Shown: positions 28,780-38,452, numbered from the whole stretch's first letter. The stretch is DNA of 43,383 nucleotides, filler included, from Nanobdellota archaeon (GCA_003660925.1; 14 parts of 14 records of this genome joined end to end with filler, not necessarily neighbours in it), one strand, 5' to 3'. Numbers and translations are program-made. Notes: a model not told the origin generated them from the sequence alone.

Positions 28780-29439
28780 ATGCGTTCCCAGGTGTTCCTT
28801 TTTCCCATGGTCTTGCTCACCTTTCTCTTGGTCCTCATGATCGTGGACAGGACAGCAGTTCAAGAAAACCTTCACAGGGCCCATCTCCTCATCTGGAAGA
28901 TGTACAAGTACGACGTGGAAGCAAGGGAGTACGAGCTGAGCTACTCGCTCCTGGTGGAGATGTGTGTCCTGAACTCAACAGTTTACTCACAATCTCCCGA
29001 AGAGCTCGAGGAAAACGCGAGGAACTGCTTAGTGGAAATGTTCGGGAACGACGCGGAACTGGATTTGGTTCCGTATGAGGACCGCATAAAACTCACATTC
29101 AATATCCCTGAAAAAGGATTCGGAGAGGAAAGTGTGAAAATTAAGTACGAGGAAAAATACGCCCAGAAATCGCTTTCCATGCCATTCCTGAGCCTTGTTT
29201 CTTACACGGAGGGGTTTGATTGGGATTCTTTAGAAAATTGCCTTTCTGGTTATGACTGCTCAAATTTCCGAGAAGGATTGGAGAACTGCCTCGCGGAACT
29301 CTCTGATGAGGAATTCATACTGAACTATACTTTAGATGAGGTACCTTGTGTGAACGATGACATAAAAGCCCTCATCTTCGTTTATAAGAAAGATAGTTCC
29401 CTCTCGAAGTTGTATCCGCATTTCGTCGGTAAAGTTTAA
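28780..29439 (+). CDS. Membrane-anchored protein with class III signal-like start (MRSQ + hydrophobic helix)
   Basis: MRSQVFLFPMVLLTFLLVLMIV; divergent from the pilus ATPase, 31 bp between starts. Confidence 0.65.
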   Translation: MRSQVFLFPMVLLTFLLVLMIVDRTAVQENLHRAHLLIWKMYKYDVEAREYELSYSLLVEMCVLNSTVYSQSPEELEENARNCLVEMFGNDAELDLVPYEDRIKLTFNIPEKGFGEESVKIKYEEKYAQKSLSMPFLSLVSYTEGFDWDSLENCLSGYDCSNFREGLENCLAELSDEEFILNYTLDEVPCVNDDIKALIFVYKKDSSLSKLYPHFVGKV

Positions 29440-29463
29440 AACCTGGGGTTCCGTTAGAAATGT

Positions 29464-29584
29464 ATGATAAAGAAACTACTGGGGATCCACGAGATAGAAA
29501 GATCGGTGAGGGAGTTGAGGCAACTTCTCTCCCATTCTTGGGGGCACACGAGGAACCTCTACTCCTTGGGACATGAAAACAGGC
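29464..29584 (+). CDS. Hypothetical protein, 3'-truncated
   Basis: MIKKLLGIHEIERSVRELRQLL... after TTTAAA box. Confidence 0.5.
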
Positions 29585-29684
29585 NNNNNNNNNNNNNNNN
29601 NNNNNNNNNNNNNNNNNNNNNNNNNNNNTTAATTAATTAANNNNNNNNNNNNNNNNNNNNNNNNNNNNNNNNNNNNNNNNNNNN

Positions 29685-29728
29685 GCTTTCTTCTTAGTAG
29701 CCTTTTTCTTTTTCTTCTTCTTGGCCAT
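29685..29728 (-). CDS. Start of a very Lys-rich protein (MAKKKKKKATKKK...), truncated
   Basis: SD GGTGA 6 nt upstream, second GGAGGT further up. Confidence 0.6.
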
Positions 29729-29810
29729 TTCGTTTCACCGCTTTTTGACCTCCGATAATAATTGATTGCCTCTTGTTTATTAATTTTTTTATAAGGCCCG
29801 GGAAAAATCG

Positions 29811-29873
29811 CCGAAACTTATATAAAGAGAGAGAAGTTAGTAGTGGCTCACCCTCCCCCTTTCCTTTGTTTTT
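29811..29873 (+). ncRNA. Candidate promoter plus ~30-nt anti-SD small RNA
   Basis: CCGAAA-CTTATATAAA at 29811-29826, then GGCTCACCCTCCCCCTTTCCT and a T-rich run; complementary to the leader at 31218-31234. Confidence 0.3.
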
Positions 29874-29911
29874 CGATAACCTTTTATTGGGCGAAATTCC
29901 TTGAAGAAGGC

Positions 29912-30142
29912 ATGAAGGAATTGAAAAGAATCGACACGGTCTCCTTCGCCATGGTCCTGACCATGATGCAAACGATCTTCTTCGTCATCCTAGCTGGGGT
30001 CAGTGCTCTTACTTACGACATGACTTCCGCAGTGGCTTATCTGATGATGATTCCCATCATGTTCATCGCGAACCTCTTTTCAGCGATACTCTACAACTTC
30101 GTGGCGAAGAGGATCGGCGGGATCAAGATAGAACTCGGATAA
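29912..30142 (+). CDS. Small two-TM membrane protein (DUF3566-like)
   Basis: ELKRIDTVSFA...AILYNFVAKRIGGIKIEL pattern; own TTTTAT box at 29882-29887. Confidence 0.7.
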   Translation: MKELKRIDTVSFAMVLTMMQTIFFVILAGVSALTYDMTSAVAYLMMIPIMFIANLFSAILYNFVAKRIGGIKIELG

Positions 30143-30198
30143 GCTCAGGACGCCCTCATTATGAAAGAAGAAAGAACTAAGGAAGGTTATAAAGTTTT

Positions 30199-31215
30199 TT
30201 ACCTAGCTTTTACCTTAGCCACTTTTGCAAACCCTAACTCTTCTAATCTCTCAAGGATCCCATCCCAATAAACCCATGTTTGCTTTAAGTTTCTCTGACT
30301 CTTTGCATTGAAATTGTGAAACCTATCCTTATCCATGTAATAAACCATTGCTGTGCCAGTGAGCTCATCATCACTAGCGGCAGAAAACGGCTCCTTTATA
30401 TCCCAACGTACACCATCTATAACTTCGTTTAAACGTAAGGGCTTCTCGTAATCTTTTGGTACCTTATAAAATGCCAATGAAACAAAAGGTTCACTATGTA
30501 GGTAAACATAGTGTAAAGCCACGTCCCCTTCAAGAGGTCTCTTAAAAGTAGGCCTCCAACTCTCAAGTGCTCTTTCAAGACCTCTCCTGGCATTTTCGTC
30601 CACAGATGCTATTGCATGAGCAAGGGCCATACACGTACTTTCTCTTACACGTTCTTCCATAGGACAATAAATTACTGGCAAACCTTCAATTTCAGCATAC
30701 ACCTCCTCCCCTACTGGTAGCCACTGAACATTGTTTACCTTGTTTACATACTTTTCTCCATTCTTTTTAATCCATTTCTTATACCCCTCCATAATCCATT
30801 CTATTCTGTTCCTCCAGAAATCCCCAGGCTTCTTGAAATGGGTCCACCACTCATCCTTTATATCATTCCAATAATCTAACATGATCTCCAACCCCTTCTC
30901 CACCTCCTGCTTGACCAACTTCCCATCTATGTATCCTACTCCAAGCAGTTCGTAGATCTTCCCCCCTTCCTTTACGAAAGGTTTCCACACCTCTTCCCAC
31001 GCTTCTGGATTCTCATCCTTCAATCTAACAAGTTCTTCCAAGTTAGGCCCGAACAGGGGAGCATACGGCAAATCCTGTATGGCCTCACTCTGATAGAAGT
31101 ACTCCAATGCCTTCCATGTCTTAGAAGCCTCGATCCCAACCTTCACCCTATACGCAGGGCTCAGGATCTTCTTCAAGGCCTCCACAGCCTTTTTCTTCCT
31201 GCCAAACAGACCCAT
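30199..31215 (-). CDS. Hypothetical cytoplasmic protein (Trp/Tyr-rich)
   Basis: 338-aa ORF from MGLFGRKKK; very strong SD GGAGGTGA. Confidence 0.8.
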   Translation of the reverse strand: MGLFGRKKKAVEALKKILSPAYRVKVGIEASKTWKALEYFYQSEAIQDLPYAPLFGPNLEELVRLKDENPEAWEEVWKPFVKEGGKIYELLGVGYIDGKLVKQEVEKGLEIMLDYWNDIKDEWWTHFKKPGDFWRNRIEWIMEGYKKWIKKNGEKYVNKVNNVQWLPVGEEVYAEIEGLPVIYCPMEERVRESTCMALAHAIASVDENARRGLERALESWRPTFKRPLEGDVALHYVYLHSEPFVSLAFYKVPKDYEKPLRLNEVIDGVRWDIKEPFSAASDDELTGTAMVYYMDKDRFHNFNAKSQRNLKQTWVYWDGILERLEELGFAKVAKVKAR

Positions 31216-31307
31216 TTTCACCTCCCCCTTTCCTGGTTAATTTTTGAGAGGGGAGTTTTTAAGATTTGCGGGCTCAAGTTTATAAGCCCTTGGGGTTAAG
31301 ATGGAGC

Positions 31308-31688
31308 ATGAGGGTCCTGTGCCTGTGTTCTGAGGGGGCTAATAGGAGTAGGGTGTGTGCGAACTACCTGTCCTCCTTAGGATACGAAACCAGGTATAGA
31401 GGAGCCAGGGAAGGGGCAAGAAATCCGCTGAAAGATGGAGACATAAAGTGGGCGGATGTTATCATCTGCACCAGGCCGAAACACGCGAGGATGTTGATGG
31501 AGAGGTTCGAGGTCAGAAAGCCAATCATCATCCTGGACATCTCCGACGTGCCCAAGGAGATCAGGGAATCCTTAAGTGAGGAGAACGTGAGGCTGGTGGA
31601 GGAGAAGATACTCCTTCCTCAGATTAAAAAGCAGATATCCCAGTGGCTCCCTCTGGAGGAATACGTGAAGAAGTGGAAAGAGAAGTGA
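31308..31688 (+). CDS. Low-molecular-weight protein-tyrosine-phosphatase-like protein
   Basis: VLCLCSEGANRS (C-x5-R-S), IKWADVII, IILDISD. Confidence 0.85.
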   Translation: MRVLCLCSEGANRSRVCANYLSSLGYETRYRGAREGARNPLKDGDIKWADVIICTRPKHARMLMERFEVRKPIIILDISDVPKEIRESLSEENVRLVEEKILLPQIKKQISQWLPLEEYVKKWKEK

Positions 31689-32309
31689 TCACAAGCCATC
31701 CAGTACCGTTTCGAACAACTGGACGTCATCCTTTTTCAGCAAGTCAGAGTAGCGGGCCCTCAGGTCTCGGAGTTCACCGTCACCCAAGAGTTTGAGGGAA
31801 AGATGCGCCAATTCTCCGTAAATCCTTGAGTTACTGAACTTCACAACCTCTGGAAAGTCCCTTAAGGAGGAGTCGGGAGAGCGAACCAGGTAACCCTCGA
31901 TGTTGGATATCTCTTTTGGCACGATCTTCCTTAACTTCTTCGAGGCCTTGCGTATGGCGTCCACTATCTCGCGAGAAGAGAACTCACCTGGTTTCAAGTT
32001 GAAGTAAAGAAGGTTCTCCATCTCCCCGACCCTCTTAGATAACACGTAGAGCTCGTCGACCCTTCCTTCGATCACCTTTTCCAAGCATTTCTCGCACTTC
32101 CTGCTCCCCTGAGGGAAGCATATGGAATCCGGGATGTACAGCTTGACCTCAACCTCTACATCCCCTGAGAAGAGCAGTCGGCAGAGGGACTTCGCGTTCT
32201 CCGCGTAGGCAATCCCGTAATGAGGAATCAGCCTGTCAAAGAAGTCACCCCACAGATAGTAGTGAAGGTAGAAGTTCATGAGGTGATGAGGGACGATGCT
32301 GATCCCCAT
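31689..32309 (-). CDS. DUF1284-like protein
   Basis: PHHLMN...PDSIC...C..C resembles the DUF1284 RxHHxLC / PDDICxxC pattern; starts 4 nt after tRNA-Thr. Confidence 0.55.
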   Translation of the reverse strand: MGISIVPHHLMNFYLHYYLWGDFFDRLIPHYGIAYAENAKSLCRLLFSGDVEVEVKLYIPDSICFPQGSRKCEKCLEKVIEGRVDELYVLSKRVGEMENLLYFNLKPGEFSSREIVDAIRKASKKLRKIVPKEISNIEGYLVRSPDSSLRDFPEVVKFSNSRIYGELAHLSLKLLGDGELRDLRARYSDLLKKDDVQLFETVLDGL

Positions 32310-32313
32310 CTAG

Positions 32314-32385
32314 AGCCCCGGGAGGGATTTGAACCCTCGACTTCCTGCTTACGAGGCAGGCGCTCTACCGCTGAGCTACCGGGGC
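32314..32385 (-). tRNA. tRNA-Thr(CGT)
   Basis: Reverse complement GCCCCGGTAGCTCAGCGGTAGAGCG-CCTGC CT CGT AA GCAGG-AAGTCGAGGGTTCAAATCCCTCCCGGGGCT. Confidence 0.96.
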
Positions 32386-32537
32386 ACGTTTTTAAAAAGG
32401 GAGAAAGTTAATTAAAAGTTATGGAGCTGAAACCGANNNNNNNNNNNNNNNNNNNNNNNNNNNNNNNNNNNNNNNNNNNNTTAATTAATTAANNNNNNNN
32501 NNNNNNNNNNNNNNNNNNNNNNNNNNNNNNNNNNNNA

Positions 32538-35063
32538 AACTTGGCGGTGGAAGTCGGTGGAGAAGAAAGCAAGGATTCTCTCATGTCTTTGTACAAAAAC
32601 ACGCTTTCCGACTTCATGGGCGGTTTCGGTTATCTCGTGTCTATAAGCAGGGAGAGGGAGGAAGTCTACGAGAACTATTCCGGACAACCCGATTGGTACG
32701 AAGGCCCTACGAGGTATCTTTTCAGAGACGATGACGACGAAAGGGATGACCTAGCGACGGGAGACACTAGTGATGATGGTGCGAACAAGTGGTTAAATGT
32801 GAGTAACATCGTGCCTGGGAACTACTCCTTGTGGATATATGGCAGAGCCATCAATTGTAATGCCACTGCGGAGAATGACTATCGTCTGAGGGTGAATGAT
32901 GATCCATCTAAAACTTTGACTTTTGATTGGTGTGCCATCTTCGGCCTTGATTACGGTTCCACGCCTCAAAGTTCTGATTGGGCGTGGGTGAGGTTTGACA
33001 TACCAAGCGAATGGTTGGTGGAAGGGGAGAACAAGTTCAACTTCTGGGACACGGGAGGAGCATGTACATGGAGATGCGCCAATTGGCAAATAGGAGTGGA
33101 TCTAGATAACTTCTTTAACAGGAGTGGTTGGTGTTGCAATTGTGGCTTGGGATCTAATCCCCCGAAGGGGAACACTGGAACATGTGGGGCGACGTCACAG
33201 GGAGAGTTGATGATATATCTAAAACCTCCAGAAAGCACACCTGCCTGGAGGAAGCAAATTTACGTGGCACAAAACAGGAAAAAATGGCCTGTGGTCTTTC
33301 GCACGAGTCTTCCTAATGCAGAGGATGTAGTCATAACGGACGAGTACGGTAATGTCATGCCCTCCCAACTTCACGCGGAGGCTGAGTATCCATATGAAAC
33401 GCCAGACGAGTATAACGTTTTAACCTATCACTTCGACGAAGGATCTGGAAGCACGGCTCATGATTCGAGCGGCAACGGTAACGATGGCACTCTCTATTAC
33501 TATCAAGTCTCGAGCACAGCGGACGTGGCAGACACGAACTCGACTCAGTGTGTGGATGACGATAGCTTGTCCACTTCGGACGATTTTTACAATGGATGGA
33601 CCTTCAAGGCCACGAGCGGGGCCGCAGCTGGGCAAACGACTACCATCGCGGATTACGATTACGTGAGTGCCTCTTACAGGGTATTGTACTTCTCCACGGA
33701 GCTCACAGGTTTCTCCCAAGGCGACAACTACGAGCTATATCTCGATCAAGAGGGCCCTGACTGGGTCACGGGGAAGTTCAACGGTGCCTTAGAATTTGAC
33801 GGACAAAACGACTATGTCCAAAGAGGAGGGGTTTTTGACCCCTCAAGCGCGTCGTTCACGCTAGAGGCTTGGTTCTTGTCTTACTCCCCTTCTTCCGAAC
33901 CATCGAGATTCGTCCTAGCGAAGACGAGCAGCATGGGGACTATTTACATAAGGCAGTACTACGGGAAGGTCTACGGAGCGATAGTCGGAAACTACTCCAA
34001 TCCGGACTCACAGAGCACCATTCAAGGGGGGAGCATAGAACCAGGTAGGTGGTATCACGTGGTGATGACATACGACAAGTCAACAGGAGAACATAAGTTA
34101 TACTTGAATGGCAAGTTAATCGGGACGAACGTGAAGAACATAACGGATTGGTCCAACTTACCTGGCAGTTCCTTCTACGTGGGTGCTTACTGGTCTGGCG
34201 CTTCACCGAGTAGCTTCTGGAATGGCCTCATCGACGAAGTCAGAGTTTACACGAGAGTGCTAAGTGGGGAGGAGATAAAGGAACACTACGAGAGCAGAAG
34301 TCTTCTCTCCATCCTGGGAAGTGGAAAATACTACGTGTATTATGATAATAAGTCCATAATCCACGCTGAGGGATCAGACCTCTCTTTCAACAAGAGTGAC
34401 CTTGAGGTCAGCAATTCCTTCATAGAATGGGACTTTGATGACCATTATTTCAGTTATGAGGGCTCTCCTAACTGGTTCGCTAGCGCGAACAAGTGGTACA
34501 CATTCAATGGAACTCATGAGGCCTTTAGCTTGTCTGACTTTACAGTGCTCGAGAGTGGACCAGCTGCGATAAAGATAGGTGCTCAGGCTTTGAATGTGTT
34601 TTACAACTTCACGATCTTCGCCTTCAACCCATTCATCCTAGTTGAAGTATCTGGTCCTGAAAGGGTGAGGTTCGGCCCGTTCTGGAGCGTGAATGGGGAC
34701 GACGATTACTACATGTACTTCCAAGGGGAGGAGTCCACGTTCAAGAACATAAGTTATGAGGAGGTGAATCAAGAAAAGTGCGTGTGGTTAGGGAAGAGGG
34801 ATGATAAAGGGGCTCTGATCGCGTTCGTGCCATACTCCAAGTTATATCCTGGAAACCTATCCGCGGGCACGAATTTCATGTGGGTGGAAGTTCAAGGGGA
34901 CAAAGACCCGAAAGTGTACCTCCTCCCGGACGAGTTCTCGAGCTGGGAGTATGGTTACTGGAAGGAGTCCTTTGAAGGGGGGTACGTCTTCCTCGATGAA
35001 CTAGAGAAGATGAAAGTGAACTTGATCAGCTCCAAGGTAAGGGTCTCAGCTGAGGTTAGCTAA
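32538..35063 (+). CDS. Large surface protein with LamG-like (concanavalin A) domain, 5'-truncated
   Basis: YHFDEGSGSTAHDSSGNGNDGTL...WVTGKFNGALEFDG...FTLEAW...WYHVVMTYD...LYLNG...WNGLIDEVRVYTRVLS. Confidence 0.9.
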   Translation, partial: NLAVEVGGEESKDSLMSLYKNTLSDFMGGFGYLVSISREREEVYENYSGQPDWYEGPTRYLFRDDDDERDDLATGDTSDDGANKWLNVSNIVPGNYSLWIYGRAINCNATAENDYRLRVNDDPSKTLTFDWCAIFGLDYGSTPQSSDWAWVRFDIPSEWLVEGENKFNFWDTGGACTWRCANWQIGVDLDNFFNRSGWCCNCGLGSNPPKGNTGTCGATSQGELMIYLKPPESTPAWRKQIYVAQNRKKWPVVFRTSLPNAEDVVITDEYGNVMPSQLHAEAEYPYETPDEYNVLTYHFDEGSGSTAHDSSGNGNDGTLYYYQVSSTADVADTNSTQCVDDDSLSTSDDFYNGWTFKATSGAAAGQTTTIADYDYVSASYRVLYFSTELTGFSQGDNYELYLDQEGPDWVTGKFNGALEFDGQNDYVQRGGVFDPSSASFTLEAWFLSYSPSSEPSRFVLAKTSSMGTIYIRQYYGKVYGAIVGNYSNPDSQSTIQGGSIEPGRWYHVVMTYDKSTGEHKLYLNGKLIGTNVKNITDWSNLPGSSFYVGAYWSGASPSSFWNGLIDEVRVYTRVLSGEEIKEHYESRSLLSILGSGKYYVYYDNKSIIHAEGSDLSFNKSDLEVSNSFIEWDFDDHYFSYEGSPNWFASANKWYTFNGTHEAFSLSDFTVLESGPAAIKIGAQALNVFYNFTIFAFNPFILVEVSGPERVRFGPFWSVNGDDDYYMYFQGEESTFKNISYEEVNQEKCVWLGKRDDKGALIAFVPYSKLYPGNLSAGTNFMWVEVQGDKDPKVYLLPDEFSSWEYGYWKESFEGGYVFLDELEKMKVNLISSKVRVSAEVS

Positions 35064-35230
35064 GAAATTGAGCTCTTCTGAGGTGAACACCTCTTCTGCC
35101 CACTCCCTGAACTTCTCGCTCTTGAGGAAGAACCCCAAGTATGGCACTATTTCCTTGACGGCCTTTCCCTGAGAGGTGTGGCACAGTTCCGCCACTTTGT
35201 CCCCTATCCTTCGAAATGTCTGCCTGTATT
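35046..35230 (-). CDS. rfcL: Probable C-terminus of replication factor C large subunit
   Basis: Manual translation RRIGDKVAELCHTSQGKAVKEIVPYL...SEELNFL* matches the RFC-L KIAxxxHxSxxKAxxExxPYL...EEIxFL tail. Confidence 0.6.
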
Positions 35231-35330
35231 NNNNNNNNNNNNNNNNNNNNNNNNNNNNNNNNNNNNNNNNNNNNTTAATTAATTAANNNNNNNNNNNNNN
35301 NNNNNNNNNNNNNNNNNNNNNNNNNNNNNN

Positions 35331-36719
35331 AACGGGATAGATAGACCTGTTGAGGAAGTAAGGATACCAAAAAGCATAACCTCCTTCTACTGGCATGTAG
35401 ACGTATCTTGGTTGCGTTCTCTCCCAAGCGTCCACAACTATGAAGGAGATGTTGTTCTCTTTCACGAAATCGTCGAAGCTCGATTCGTTCCTTGGGAAGC
35501 CATAAACGTTGTTCGTGTCAGCGTACCAGGCAATCTGCATGGTCGAGCCTGCTATGATCCCCTTGTCTCCTATGACGGGTTTAAGCCAATTTCCGACATC
35601 CTTGAGGCCGCAGAATCCCTTTGCTTTGGATCTTATGAGGGCTGTGGCCTCAGAGGTGGAAGAATACAAGACGAAGAGCAAGATCGTGAAGACTAAAAGG
35701 AGCCCAGAAGTCTTGAAGTCCCTCATCAACTTATCGAGTCCCACAGCAGATACGAGGACGATGGGGGGTAACATGGGTAATAGGTACCTTGGGACCTTGA
35801 CGGTTTGTGAGGAAATGATGATAAAGAATACCAATGCGTATAACACAAAAGGGAAGGTATCTTTAAATCTCCTGAGGTAAGAACAAAAGAGCCCCCACGT
35901 GAAGAGGAGGAATAGCCACCACCTCAAAATGCTGGGAAGATTAAGGAGATAATATTGTGGTGGCTGGGCATCTAATACCTCTTGACCCGCGGTGATCCTT
36001 CCTATGTAAAGTTCCAGTGGCAGGAAGTAACCAAAGTCCAAGTAATTCTTCAACATCCATGAGGAAAAGATGAGGAAGAAGAGACCGAGGGCCACCCAAT
36101 ATTTCCTCTCAAAAAGGAACTTCTCCCTGCGTTTCACCGTTAAGTAGATGAGGTAAAAGGGAAATAGGGAAATGGCAACCACTTTCGTGAGCACTGCCAA
36201 GGCTGAGGAAATGCCAGCCAACCACATGTACTTATCATCCTTTTCCCCTTTCAGGAAGAGGTAAATGGATAAAGTGATGAAGAAGGTGACTGGGACATCA
36301 TTCAATATCCTGTCTGATAGGAACCAGAACAAAGGATGAAATGCCAGTAACAACGATGCGATCAAACCCAATTTCTTGTTTCCCATCTCGGCCCCAATGA
36401 GGTAAATTAATAAGACGGTGAGGGAACCGAGGGTCATGGGGATCAAAAGTCCGGCGAAGTCCGTGAAGCCGAAGAGGAGAAAGTTAAGGGCTATGAGGAA
36501 GTAGAACATGATGGGGTGTTGGGACCAAGGGGATCTAAGATAAGTTGTCTTACCCGTCCTCAGTAGGTTCCTTGCGATGCTCAGCTCCCTTGCCTCATCT
36601 ATCCATAGACAGTGAGGCGATAGTGCTATCCTGCTCACGAAAGTTAAGAGAACGATCGCGATCGCGAGGTAATCATAGACGTCAAGTTCTCCCCACCATC
36701 CCCCTCTCTTCTTTTTCAC
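35331..36719 (-). CDS. GT-C (ArnT/PMT-type) glycosyltransferase, 3'-truncated
   Basis: LWIDEARE, QHPIMFY, ILNDVP, KVPRYLLP; multiple TMs. Confidence 0.88.
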
Positions 36720-37810
36720 TCAAGCCCCTCCAAGATGTCCACGATCTTCTTCCTTGCTTTTCCATCTCCGTACGGATTTTTGAACTTTGGGATTTTCATG
36801 TCCACTACTTCGTGAAGCAACTTTCTCGCGTATTCCACGTCCAAACCCGTGAGGAAGTTTATCCCCGTGTAGAGGCCCGCTACCCTCTCCGTTCTTTTCC
36901 TCAGCAGGATGCAAGGTTTCTTCAGAGTTAGGCTCTCCTCCTGGATGCTCCCCCCATCCGTTATCAAGAACTTGGCATTCTTGAGCCATAAGGAGAACTC
37001 CACGTAGGTCTTGAGCCTGGTTATCCTCACGTGCTTCATCTTCTTCACCTTTTCCATGAGCCCGAACTTCTCCAACTGCTTCCTCGTGTTATCGTGCATG
37101 GGCCAATAGGTCGTTATGGGAGAGTGTCTCAAGATCTCCACGATCTTCGCCAATCGCTTCTCGTTCTTTATGTTCTCATACCTGTGAATGGTCATGAGGG
37201 CGTACTTCCCTTTTGGGCTCTTATAACCCCTCCTTTCGGCTAGTTTAATAGAGAGGAGGATGGAGTCGACTATGGTGTTCCCCACTTGATAAACATGTTT
37301 CCTTCCTCTGAGATTCTTGGCAGCTATCTCACTTGGGGCGAACAGTATGTCGCTGAAGAGCGTCACTATCCTCCTTGAGATCTCCTCTGGAAACGGTTCA
37401 AATAGGGAACCGCTCCTCAATCCTGCCTCCAAGTGTACGTTCATCCACGACTTGAAAGGATTCAAGAATTCGGATGAAGCGATGGCCGCGCTCGCTGTAC
37501 TCATCGTATCTCCATGATAAATGACGAATTTCAGACCTTCTATCTTTCTCAAGGAAAGTTTTATCCTCGGGATGATGGCGAGGTTCCAAGCGATGGCCTT
37601 TCCCACCTTGGTCCAGAACTTCGTGGTCTTCTCCGGAGGTTTACTCAAGACCACATCGGGTTTCTTGACACCGAATTCTTCGCATAATTTCCCTAAACCG
37701 TGTTGCCCCGTGTGGATGAAGATGTAGGGTTTTTTCCTCCTCTCCAATTCGAGCATGAGAGGGAATGTCTTTATGAGCTCCGCCCTCGTTCCAAGAATGA
37801 TGGCTATCAT
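36716..37810 (-). CDS. wecB: UDP-N-acetylglucosamine 2-epimerase (non-hydrolysing)
   Basis: GTRAELIK, HTGQH, HGDT, HLEAGLRS, PFPEE, TDGGSIQEE, NPYGDG. Confidence 0.93.
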   Translation of the reverse strand: MIAIILGTRAELIKTFPLMLELERRKKPYIFIHTGQHGLGKLCEEFGVKKPDVVLSKPPEKTTKFWTKVGKAIAWNLAIIPRIKLSLRKIEGLKFVIYHGDTMSTASAAIASSEFLNPFKSWMNVHLEAGLRSGSLFEPFPEEISRRIVTLFSDILFAPSEIAAKNLRGRKHVYQVGNTIVDSILLSIKLAERRGYKSPKGKYALMTIHRYENIKNEKRLAKIVEILRHSPITTYWPMHDNTRKQLEKFGLMEKVKKMKHVRITRLKTYVEFSLWLKNAKFLITDGGSIQEESLTLKKPCILLRKRTERVAGLYTGINFLTGLDVEYARKLLHEVVDMKIPKFKNPYGDGKARKKIVDILEGLE

Positions 37811-37840
37811 TAGGTTAATAAAAAAGCGTCCTGTTTAAAT

Positions 37841-37974
37841 ATGATGAAGGTCTCGCTGATATGCACCGTCCTGAACGAGGAGGACACGATAGAAGACCTC
37901 TTGAAGTCCATCATCAAGCAAACGAGAAGACCGGATGAGTTCGTCATCGTGGATGGGGGAAGCAAGGACAAGAC
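37841..37974 (+). CDS. GT2 glycosyltransferase, 3'-truncated
   Basis: VSLICTVLNEE...EFVIVDGGSKD. Confidence 0.88.
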
Positions 37975-38074
37975 NNNNNNNNNNNNNNNNNNNNNNNNNN
38001 NNNNNNNNNNNNNNNNNNTTAATTAATTAANNNNNNNNNNNNNNNNNNNNNNNNNNNNNNNNNNNNNNNNNNNN

Positions 38075-38434
38075 CTTATCCCATATGGTTACCCTGGTCC
38101 TCCCTGTGCCATCCACTATGATGAAGGAGGCCACTTTTCCCTTCCTATCCCCTTTTTGCCACTCCCTTCCCTCGAACACTCTCAAGACTCTCCCCACCAC
38201 TGTCACGTTCCTCAGGCCAGGGATGAGATTCTTAAGCTGTAACTCCTTCCTTCCCATATCCTCTAAGAGCTGGACCCCCAATTCATTAGCCACTATGTGG
38301 GCAGCTCCCTCCCTAGTTACCAACCCTTTCAACTCAGAGACCTTCCTTTCTATCATCTCCATAATCTTCTCCTCTTCCAAACCCCTCTCCTCTTTTATGC
38401 GTTTAACTATGTCCTCCAAGGGTATTTGAAACAT
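38075..38434 (-). CDS. rpa: Replication protein A (OB-fold), 3'-truncated
   Basis: GLVTREGAAHIVANELGV...NVTVVGRV...GKVASFIIVDGTGRTRVTIWD. Confidence 0.88.
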
Positions 38435-38452
38435 AGGAGAAAGAGGTTCGGA

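Noticed and set aside
28749..28838. Apparent overlap of the ATPase ORF and the divergent ORF
   Set aside because: It disappears with starts at 28748 (GTG) and 28780 (ATG).
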